A stretch of DNA of 64,000 bases, taken from assembly GCF_001194135.2 (NCBI RefSeq), contig NC_068988.1:39670386-39734385 (forward strand). The letters run 5' to 3'. Under the pieces are notes generated by a model that made no database searches, was not told the DNA's origin, and worked only from the letters and a program-made list of their open reading frames with translations. The position numbers and the translations under genes were made by a program. This document shows positions 54,252 to 64,000 of this stretch, in pieces; the stretch's first letter is position 1; the number at the start of each line of letters is the position of its first letter. This DNA comes from Octopus bimaculoides (Eukaryota).

Positions 54252-55150
54252 ACATATATACATATAGATACATATATATATACACATATATATGCATGCG
54301 TATGTGTGTATATGTGTGTGCATATGTATATATCTATATATCTATATATATTTGTATAATATGTCTATATGTATATCTATATATGTAAATATCTTTTTAT
54401 TTCTCTCTATATACGCGCACACACTCACACATACACACGCATATATATTCATTTACACCCCCCACACACATATATATATATCTTGATGCGTAGAAAAGAT
54501 TTCATAATAAACTTAATAACAGTTTATAACAAATTAGAGTGGTATTTATATTTGTATATAAAAGCTGAAAAGAATTGGATTACTGAATTTTAAGTACCGG
54601 AGGTTTTCATATTTGGTTTTGTTAGTGTAATAAATGGTACAGACAAAATATTTGGAACATATAATTATCATTGAGAGGGTCTAGTCTACGTATGGGTTAC
54701 ATTATGATGAAGTTATAAATGGACATAAATGAATGGAGTAAGAATAAGAAGAAACAAATATTATTGAATGAAACATTGCTGAGAGGCAGTAACGGTAAAC
54801 GTCTGCTTAAAATGTCGCTTGATGACTACTTTCGTATAACTTACTTTGAACATTTCTTTGATATTATAAACTAGTGTCCAAACCCATATTAGTGTCTTTA
54901 GAAAAAAAATTCATGGTATTTTTCTTTTTCTAATTACTTTGGTCATAAAAATATTTTACAGAGCAACCCGTTTAATTGTCTAACATTTCAAATAACAGTA
55001 GACACATAATATGTCTCTAGTCATTGTATTCACATTTTCCCTAAAATTTAAATAATTAGAGCTTTATGCCAACTTTCCCAAACTAAACGTAGTTTCTTTC
55101 CGACGTGTAGCCGTATGCGAGGTATGCATATATGGAGAACTGAATGCGAG

Positions 55151-55190
<40 letters not shown>

Positions 55191-55239
55191 GTGTGTGTGT
55201 GTGTGTGCATTTATACGTAAATGTCGATCGATGAAATGA

Positions 55240-55455
55240 GTGCTCCACACCGCATTGGTAGATATATAATTTCGTTCTTTGTGAATTCACAGATAAAGAA
55301 ATATATATATATATATATATATACATTATTTAGATTTGACGGATATTTGGCCTCGTCTTGTTTGTTGCTAACACAGCGTTTCGGCTGATATATACACAAG
55401 CTTACATCAGGTGTCTTGGGGAAATTTCGAACCTCGGTTCTCACTTCTAATGTAG
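55240..55455 (-). mobile_element. Penelope-type terminal-repeat-derived element with internal (TA)n and a degenerate HHR
   Basis: Shares AGATGAGG(A/C)CAAATATCCGTCAAATCTAAATAATG-(TA)n-TTTATCTGTGAATTCAC with 53730-53905. Minus strand 55415-55370 reads GACAC CUGAUGU AAGCUUG..CAGCC GAAA CGCU GUGUU, an HHR-shaped motif with a core mutation. Confidence 0.55.
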
Positions 55456-55464
55456 TTTTAGATG

Positions 55465-55494
55465 TTGTTATTATTATTATTATTGTTGTTGTTG

Positions 55495-55541
<47 letters not shown>

Positions 55542-55623
55542 TTTATTCCGGTCACTGCCTGGAATCGAACTCGGAATCTTGGGGTTAGTAGCTCACGCTC
55601 TTAACCCCTACACCATATGCCCG
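55465..55623 (-). mobile_element. Very short tRNA-derived SINE with (AAT)n tail
   Basis: Minus strand GGGCATATGGTGTAGGGGTTAAGAGCGTGAGCTACTAACCCCAAGATTCCGAGTTCGATTCCAGGCAGTGACC followed directly by (AAT/AAC)n; A and B boxes present, no proper acceptor stem. Confidence 0.75.
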
Positions 55624-55721
55624 AGCATGAGAGTATCTTGGTCAGCCGATAAAATGATGTAGGAGTTAGCTAACAACTCCACAAGCACACCCACAGTCAG
55701 AATTTCATATGTAGTAGATAT

Positions 55722-55815
55722 CATTATATTATATTATATTATATTATATTATATTATATTATATTATATTACATTATATTATATTATATTATATTATATT
55801 ATATTATATTATATT
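55722..55815. repeat. (ATATT)n pentanucleotide tract
   Basis: Direct inspection. Confidence 0.95.
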
Positions 55816-56161
55816 TTCCTCTACACTGCAAAGCGTAACATCGATACAGTAACCGAGCTTTCATTGACTCCACTGCTAGTAAGCATGTGTGAGTTTGAAT
55901 GTGCTTCTAGGTTTATAGACTGAGAAAGAAAAAGTTATTAAAGAGAAGTATTACGCACACATACACGAATGAACACACACACACAGATGCACACACACAC
56001 TTACACACTCACACACATACACATATTTGCATATATAACTACTCACACACACACACATATATATTTATGCGTACATATATACTTATCTGCATATTTGTAA
56101 ATATATATATATATATATATTTACACACGTATATATATATATATATAAATAAATATCTATC

Positions 56162-56193
<32 letters not shown>

Positions 56194-56678
56194 CAAACAC
56201 ACACATGCATATAGATATGTATGTGTTTATATATATTTATCTTTCTTTGCAGTGGATTTGTTTCTCCTTGTCTGTCTCTCTCTCAATACATATACACAAC
56301 TGCGCACACACAAGCACACAGGCATACACATGCAGATACACACAAATAAAGACATATATATATATATGTATATACTTATTTACTTAAACATTCACATTCA
56401 CGCACTTATATATATGAACATAATCACATCGTTAACAGCATACAGGTGAGGGATGTACGTTAGATCGAATTCCATCTACCTTCTTAATTGATAACATGAC
56501 GTTGAAGTATCTATAGTAACCACCTAGTCAGGTGAATTCTTGCAACAAGCTAGTCATTGATTATCTCACTTGCAGCCAATCATATATTTATTCGTCCTAG
56601 CTAACTCTACTTTTTCTTAATCAATGCTGGTCATGCATATATATGACCTGATGTCACCGACTACCGTATTTGTCGAGT

Positions 56679-56719
<41 letters not shown>

Positions 56720-56884
56720 CTGATAATGCCTTAAAGTTTTGCTTACACGCATAAACACAGACGCACACACACACACACATTTTAAACAACAAAGTAAATA
56801 CGGGTATATACTCAATATTTTCACAGCTTTACTGCGTTCAAAATTTAATCTCTTGTCTATAATATACCATATACATTATTTTCT

Positions 56885-57092
56885 ACTCTAGGCACATGGC
56901 CTAGAAATTTTTGGGGAAGGAGCCAGTCGATTTTATCGAACCCAGTACGCAACTGGTACTTTATTTATCAACAACGAAAGGATGAAAGGCAAAGTAGACC
57001 TCGGTGGAATTTGAACTCAGAACGCAAAGACAGACAAAATACCACGAAGCATTTCTCCCGGTGTGCTAACGTTTCTGCCAGCTCACCGCCAT
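56885..57092 (-). mobile_element. SINE family A copy
   Basis: Same consensus, inverted, near full length. Confidence 0.9.
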
Positions 57093-57894
57093 ACACATTC
57101 GACGCTTTCAACGTTGGTTTATAAGATATTGTCGAATTCGAAAAAACCTATTATTTAGCTTAATGGTAGAGCTCTCAGCCAGTTCTTGAAGGATACGTGT
57201 TGTAATCCCATACCCGCATGCTGGGAACCCGGTTTCCGTCTTCTAAGCGTAAATATTAAATTTTTCTTCTGTGTTCACAATTATACTGCGTTCGAAATTA
57301 CATTTCTCGTCTGTAAAATACTATACACATTCGACGCTTCCAAATTTTGTTTATAATATATATGTATATACTTTTTGCTTGAATGGCACAAATTTAACGT
57401 TTTAGCATAAATCCTGAATTGTTCTATGTATTGATATATATACTTGAAAATGAAAATATAAAAATAAGCCTTCACAAAGAAATATCTTAGGATTGGATGT
57501 GCATGTGTGTGTGTGTGTATTTACATATATATTTATGATGGACTGTCCCGTCTCAGCCGACGTATGAGTGTTCAACTTTTGCAGAACTACCTGCATATAT
57601 GATTTGCTTAAACTGATCAAATATTCGTTTAGCATACTAGCTCACTCTCTCCATCAAGTTGATGTTGTCTGAACAAGTGTACGGTGTATCACGCGTCAGG
57701 TGTTGGAGTAATCGCAGAGCAACGCGAGATGAAGTGTTTCGCCCAAGAACGCAACGTGCCATCTGGCCCAGTTATTGAAATCATGATCGCCACACATACA
57801 CACACACACACACATACACGCACGCACACACGTACACACACACACGCACGCACGCACGCACACAGACGCACACACACAGATACACACACATATA

Positions 57895-58505
57895 GTAAAT
57901 TTAAGCCCAAGGAAAACATCTCTTCCAGCAGGCTATCGACTCACAGTCTGTGTCCATATAGTGTTTGCAAGGGAGGCCATTGCTCCCATCTCTAGACTTA
58001 CGTGATACTCACAGACCATGGTTTTTGGGTGGTTATTTCTGGCTGTTTATGAACGCTTTCTCCACTCGCAAACACTATATATTCTTTAAGCGACACACAG
58101 TTGCTGATCTCGTATAAAGAAAACAAGTTGTTTTAAATCTCTCAACGAGAGATCTACAGTAACAGTACCGAATAGTAAAGTTTATTTGCCAACAGAATTT
58201 GTGTGGCCCTATTAAGGACGATGTTACTGTTGTTTAATCCCCAGGAAAACATCTTTTCCAGCTGGCTATCGACACACAGTCTATGTCCGTACAGTGTTTG
58301 CAAGGGATGTCATCGCTCCCATCTACAGCCTTACGTCATACTCACAGACCATGGTTTCTGGGTGGTTAACCATCCTCAGTGTGAGAAAATTACTGGCTGT
58401 TGATGAACGCCTTGTCCACTCGCAAACACTATACGTTCTTTAAGCGACAGACCGTCGCTGATCTCGTAGAGACAAAATCAACTTGTTTTAAATCTCTCAG
58501 CAAGA
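57895..58505 (-). mobile_element. Retrozyme-like tandem repeat (~1.8 copies of a ~350-nt unit)
   Basis: Two diverged copies offset by 333 nt (GGAAAACATC at 57911 and 58244; GACCATGG at 58014 and 58347). The 58.3-kb copy has an intact HHR. The 58.0-kb copy lacks the CUGAGGA core (24 nt replaced by 3 nt) and has GAAA changed to AAAA. Confidence 0.7.
58341..58385 (-). ncRNA. Type I hammerhead ribozyme motif (minimal, palindromic stem III)
   Basis: Minus strand reads CUCACA CUGAGGA UGG-UUAACCAC-CCA GAAA CCAUG GUC UGUGAG. Stem I is CUCACA/UGUGAG (6 bp), the CUGANGA and GAAA core is intact, stem II is UGG/CCA, stem III is the self-complementary ACCAUGGU, and the cleavage triplet is GUC (cut between 58347 and 58346). 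Stem I extends distally (ACAGCC/GGCUGU). The first stem II pair is U-A rather than the usual G-C. Confidence 0.8.
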
Positions 58506-58510
58506 TATAT

Positions 58511-58577
<67 letters not shown>

Positions 58578-59340
58578 CGTTTGGGTATGGGTGTGTGTAT
58601 GAATATATTTGCGAGGTGGTACGGAAACGTAGTGAGGGCTAGCAGTGATCTTCATGAGGCAGCGTACTGAGTGACATTGGTGTGTTTACTTCGCAAGTTG
58701 TGAAATTTGTGTTATTGTGATCACATGTATGCCATAGTATTGCGATTTTGTCTTGGACAGGAATATAGAGGCAACGTGAAATTATGCATTGAACATGGGA
58801 AATCTGCTAGAGACACATCGAGGATGCTTCGGCGGCTTACGACAACGAGGCAATGGGCCGTACGCAATATTTCGAATGATACGAGCGCTTCAAAAGCGGA
58901 AGAACGGCCCTGAAAAATAATGAGCGATCTGAAAGACCTTCCACGAGAATCACCCCTTTAAATATGGTATTTTACATCGAGTACATACGTTGAAAGCAAC
59001 CGGATCTGTGCAGCGCGAAGAATTTGATTCTTCACTGAGCTCTACTCACTGATGAGTCTCTCGTCAAAATCAACACGGTATCGCTTCTGCACCCAACCGT
59101 CCTATTCGCGGGTTTAGCACTTGCAGACCTCCATCTCCTCCCAAAGATGAAAAGGCAGCTCAAAGGTCACTGTTTCAACACCATTGTTGAGATCCAGAGC
59201 GAATCGCAGAAGGTCCTCGACTCGCATACGGAAAATTACTTCCAGACGGGCTTCCAAAAGTGGCAGGAGCGTTTGAATTGGCGTACTATTGTGCAAGATG
59301 ACTATTTCGAAGGAGATGATTGTTAAAACCTAGGTAAATA

Positions 59341-59648
59341 CATGATGTTAGAACTTTATTCATGTGTATCGTCTCACGGAGACGGTGCTGTCCAGTTCCA
59401 TTGTTGCGTCAGCATCGATTTTACTGAGGAGACACAGACAATTATTTAATTGTTCATGTCGAAACCTTATGGTATGGAATTAAGTGCTATGTTTATTATT
59501 TTTTTTCATTTGTCTAGCTCTGTCTAGTGTGTTGCTAATTTGAGAACACAGATTTCGTGGTAGGATGGTTTGACGTCTATTTTTTAGCATACAAAGGACC
59601 CACTTAGTGGTCTCCTCTTATTTATATTTAAATATAACTCACGCTCCT
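59341..59648 (+). mobile_element. 308-bp HHR-bearing insertion inside a mariner relic
   Basis: Flanked by the direct repeat TAGGTAAATA (59331-59340 and 59649-59658), between the mariner stop codon and its 3' TIR-like end. Confidence 0.55.
59411..59488 (+). ncRNA. Type I hammerhead ribozyme motif (extended)
   Basis: AGCA-UC-GAUUUUA CUGAGGA GACA-CA-GACAAUU-AUUU-AAUUGUU-CA-UGUC GAAA CC-UUAU-GG UA UGGAAUU-AAG-UGCU. Core at 59424-59430 and 59461-59464. Stem II is GACA/UGUC plus a 7-bp hairpin, stem III is ACC/GGU, the cleavage triplet is GUA (cut after 59474), and stem I has 7 bp (3 G-U) plus 4 bp beyond an internal loop. Confidence 0.8.
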
Positions 59649-60105
59649 TAGGTAAATATGTTATATCTTTATTAAACGTATGTAGTCCAGGAATGTTTTG
59701 ATACCATCTAGTTAATATATATATATGTATGTGTGTGTGTGTGTGTGTGAGTGTACGCGTGCGTGCGTATTTGTGTATGTATGTATGTATGTATATATGC
59801 ATGAATGTGTGTGCATTTGTGTTTGCGTTTGTCTCCCACCACCCACATACAGGTACACTTTAAAAAGACAGTAATATTGACAAGCGAAGCCTCTCTTTGA
59901 ATCATTGCTGGTACATCACATCACTCTTAGAAGTTTATGCATTTGCAATCCAAGAATAAGAGATTGATACGAATTACCTAATAAACAACTAAGACGGTAA
60001 AACCCTTGAAGCTCCAAGATGCAACTGTAAGTGTAGATTGTCATATTTCTGTGGAAGACATCATGCATGTGTTTAGCAGCTACTCAAAAATGCACATCAA
60101 GGTTC

Positions 60106-60163
60106 TACCTCCCTTTGAAGCATGATGTTGTTGCACAAACTCCATTGGGCAAAACAAACTCTT
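60106..60163 (-). CDS. Candidate exon (possibly terminal)
   Basis: Acceptor TTCTCTGTATTTATTCCAG|; phase 1 reads (E)EFVLPNGVCATTSCFKGR*. Confidence 0.3.
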
Positions 60164-60729
60164 CTGGAATAAATACAGAGAATACTTCTGTTATTGTATA
60201 TATATNNNNNNNNNNNNNNNNNNNNNNNNNNNNNNNNNNNNATATATATATATATATATATACAGGCATCAACACAAGGAACACTGGTGGAATATTCTCC
60301 TCACAACATCTGTCAAGTGTAAACATAACAGGCTGAATATTGTTGTATTGCACAAACAAGAATAAAAAAAAAAAGAAACTACGCACTATTATAGAGGTCA
60401 ATTCTCATGCTGTTGTAAATATCTGTTTGAAATCCAAAGAGAATAACTATGGACACTGCTTCGAACCTGCTGTTTCTATTTTAAGAATACAAATTCATAT
60501 TTATACTAAGAAGAATTGGTGCACTGGTTTTGTAAAGTATGCAAGATTGGGGTCTGTGCAATATTTTCATCATACGCTACACTATAACTTTTGCTTGATC
60601 CATAATAACAAGGGATACCACTGTGAATTCCAGAGCTCAATAGAATTTTTGTCTATAACATTGTATTACATTCGGAAATTGTTTTTGCTTGCAGACATAG
60701 GACGTTCAGATGAATGACATTTCTCTTAC

Positions 60730-60768
60730 CTATAGTAATATCTGCGTACAAACTCCCTCTCTCCCTAT
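60730..60768 (-). CDS. Candidate 39-nt exon
   Basis: CAATTCAG| acceptor, TAG|GTAAGA donor, phase 1-1, reads (D)RERGSLYADITI. Confidence 0.3.
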   Translation of the reverse strand: MGREGVCTQILL

Positions 60769-61051
60769 CTGAATTGTGAGTGCAGGTACGCGGATGTGAT
60801 AGTCTACACACATGCACACAAATACACACACACACACACACACACACATACACACACATACACACACACACATACACGCACGCACACACACACACAAGAA
60901 CACACACGCATACATACGCAAACTTACGACCACATGAATTTGTATATTATACTTTTTTTTTTTCGTTAACGTACAGTGTGATTTGTGATTGTATGAATTG
61001 TAACTTTTACTTTTTCATCTTTTTATGTATGCATTTATGTGTGTATATCTA

Positions 61052-61205
<154 letters not shown>

Positions 61206-62057
61206 TATGTATGTATTATATGTGTATACATATTTGTATTTGTATACATGAATATACACATACACCTGTTCGTATAACTATTCTTTTATTCCTCCTCTGG
61301 CTTCCTTCTTTCTTCCTCTTGCTTCCGTTTCCTTCTGCAACTTGCTTCTACTCCTGTTTACGGTTTTTGAAACTAGATCACCAAATACATCGCTTTTCAC
61401 TATTTCGTAATTATCTTAAATCCTTTTAAAATTCTCTTTCCCTTCATTGACTTATTTGTCTGTTTCTCCTACCTTTCTTTTTTCTCATTCTTTTCATTCA
61501 TCATCATTATTTTCTTTACGTTTGTTTACTGTTCTTTCTCTTCTGATTATGTATTCGTCCCATGTTTTCCTTCTTTTTTTTTGTAATCTTTCGTTTTCAT
61601 AAACTTACCGTTTCGTCATTTCTCCAACCACTTGGCCCCTGTTCTATTGCACTTCACCTTCTCCAAATCCAACATCAAAATTATTTTCTATTCTTCTTCC
61701 ATTTTCACACATAATTTTTCAAATTTCTCCTTCATTTCTTCTTCAATCTCCATCATCAGACGGCCACTATAATTAATGATTAAAATTATTCAGCACACCA
61801 AGCCGAATTCCATAGTTTTCACAACTAGGATTAATTCCTCCCCACTTTATAATTCACACAAAACCTATATGAAAAGCCCTGGCATATAAAACCTATTTAC
61901 CTCGCAGTCCTTTGAGACAGATGCACAAGAGAACAATACAAGTAGTAAGAGGCTTTTATAATATTAATTTTACATTCGTTTTTGATATCCTTTTTATAAT
62001 CCCCCCTCTTTTTTCGACTTTCCGCTTTCACAATATTCACGTCCCTTGTATATACAT

Positions 62058-62132
<75 letters not shown>

Positions 62133-62399
62133 NNNNNNNNNNNNNNNNNNNNNNNNNNNNNNNNNNNNNNNNNNNNNNNNNNNNNNNNNNNNNNNNNNNN
62201 NNNNNNNNNNNNNNNNNNNNNNNNNNNNNNNNNNNNNNNNNNNNNNNNNNNNNNNNNNNNNNNNNNNNNNNNNNNNNNNNNNNNNNNNNNNNNNNNNNNN
62301 NNNNNNNNNNNNNNNNNNNNNNNNNNNNNNNNNNNNNNNNNNNNNNNNNNNNNNNNNNNNNNNNNNNNNNNNATATATATATATATATAGCATATACAT

Positions 62400-63045
62400 T
62401 TTCTTATGGGCAACATTTTGAATATTCAAATAAAGCTCTTATTCCATTATGCCGGCCACCGTCTAATGATGTTGACAGGTGGACCAGTTTTTGCGGGTTT
62501 CATCATGTTATACCGACTATAATGTAAGATAACTATAATAATATTAACAATAATCCTTGGATGGATTTTATAAATATTTTATGCATCGCTACGCGCGATT
62601 CCATAGATCACATGTCTCTTAAGATCGCTGATTCATTTCTTCAAGCGATATAACATTAGCTGATGTACAATAGAGAGATACTTTTCCATTTTTACCAGCA
62701 TGAAGGTCAAGCGAGCTATGTGGGTATTTCTGTGTCTTTGTCGTGGAGAGGAGGGGAGATTATGGAAATAGAGGAAGGAATGGTTGTTATATTGGGATGG
62801 AAGTATATGTGGTAGTGTCGCTCTTATTTTGCTATTCATTCAGCAGATGTTTAGAATGAGTGGTGTAATTTTTGTTTGATTTCATTGAAGGCTTGACTAT
62901 CTTCAGTAAAATCAACCATTGGTCATCGGGTACTACAGGGTTATTTATGAGTGGGGTTTGTTGAATGAAATAATCTTTGACCATTTCATTGTTTCTCTTG
63001 GTATAGTGTATAGCATTTCAAATATTGGTTTCTTTGTTTATTTCT
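62400..63045 (-). mobile_element. Possible decayed Penelope-like C-terminal fragment
   Basis: Only LYCTSANVI, which resembles the CTSANVIY motif preceding PLE GIY-YIG domains. Confidence 0.25.
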
Positions 63046-63055
63046 TTGGGTTAAG

Positions 63056-63119
<64 letters not shown>

Positions 63120-63134
63120 ACACCCACACACACA

Positions 63135-63548
63135 TTATCCTTTACTTTTTTCCATCATTGGACTGCAGCTATGCTAGGACACCGTCTTCAAGGATTTAGT
63201 CGAACAAATAGCCCCCGTATATATATTTTAAGTCTGGTAGAGATAATATCATAATCTTCTGCATAGTCGCTAAGTTATGAGAACCGTCAACAGTTGTCAA
63301 GCCCTGGTGTGGAAACAAACTCAAAGGATGATACACACATTGCTATATAAATACATACATGCATGCACATAAATACACAAACTCACACATATTTATATCT
63401 TCGACGGGTTTCTTTTTGTTTCCGTTTACCAAATCAACTCACCAGGCTACGATCAGTCCGGGGCTTGCCAGGATGTCAGGTGGTGGGACTGAACCCGACA
63501 CTATGTGATTGGCAAGCAATCTTATTGCTCCAAACCATGCGTGCATCT
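63135..63548 (-). mobile_element. Composite SINE family B copy
   Basis: 3' module CATTGGACTGCAGCTATGCTAGGACACCG; head ACCAAATCAACTCACCAGGCT..GGGACTGAACCC. Confidence 0.7.
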
Positions 63549-64000
63549 ACAGCGAGCTTCCTACGCACAGCCATACCGTATTGATATGCGTGCATAGTTA
63601 CAAATGTGCTTACATATATTCAAACATATCACAACACCAAACATTTCAACAGACATATCATACACAGGAACATTTAAATACAGACACCATAATTATAAGT
63701 ATATAAATTATGCATGCATAACTGTAAAATAACACCCGCGACCGACCACCTTGCAATATTGCTGATGCCATTTAACTTTTGATAAGATCTGAAATATTTC
63801 GCCCACAACTGGAATGTGGAAAACGAAAGGCTTTAATATCAGGAAATATGCGGGGGAACAATGAAAAGTTTATTATATTACACAGACGCTCTTGTCACTC
63901 TTAATTTTCAGATTATTACATGGAGATACCGGAGTTTTAGCAATACATACGCACGCACACATATGCATATATATATATTGCAGTAAATATTCTCGTGGTA

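Larger units (their letters stand above)
58608..59715 (+). mobile_element. Internally deleted mariner relic interrupted by the HHR insertion
   Basis: EYRGNVKLCIEHGKSARDT..YERFKSGRTALKNNERSERPST (HTH region), then KMKRQLKGHCFNTIVEIQSESQKVL..FQKWQER..DYFEGDDC*. TIR-like GTCCAGGAATGTTTTGATACCATCT at ~59685-59710. Confidence 0.75.

Noticed and set aside
57155-57222. tRNA-like A box TAGCTTAATGGTAGAGC
   Set aside because: B box degenerate and no cloverleaf; probably a SINE relic, not a tRNA gene.
60340-60717. 125-aa plus-strand ORF
   Set aside because: TTG start, poly-K from an A-run, no recognisable motif or splice support.

Overview
AT-rich eukaryotic scaffold with 9 N-gaps, saturated with microsatellites and decayed transposons. 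The repeat families look like those of an octopus (coleoid cephalopod) genome, but that is inference from pattern recognition, not a database hit. No intact protein-coding gene, rRNA, bona fide tRNA or CRISPR array can be supported; nearly all long ORFs in the track are microsatellite or N-gap artefacts. Recognisable content: many tRNA-derived SINE copies, two R4/Dong-type LINE 3' ends, a decayed Penelope-like element (RT + GIY-YIG), RTE LINE fragments, several Tc1/mariner relics, a Mutator-like MITE with a 9-bp TSD, and a few isolated minus-strand exon candidates, two with signal-peptide-like reading frames. The best discovery is a cluster of hammerhead ribozyme (HHR) motifs at 55.4-59.5 kb. 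(1) A ~350-nt tandem repeat (57895-58505) has one copy with a complete type I HHR with a palindromic stem III, which is a retrozyme-like architecture. (2) A second, unrelated, complete type I HHR (59411-59488) lies in a 308-bp insert flanked by a 10-bp direct repeat inside a mariner relic. (3) A degenerate HHR sits in a Penelope-type terminal repeat. Repeat boundaries are approximate (about +/-10-20 bp); ribozyme, hairpin, TSD and splice-site coordinates were counted base by base.
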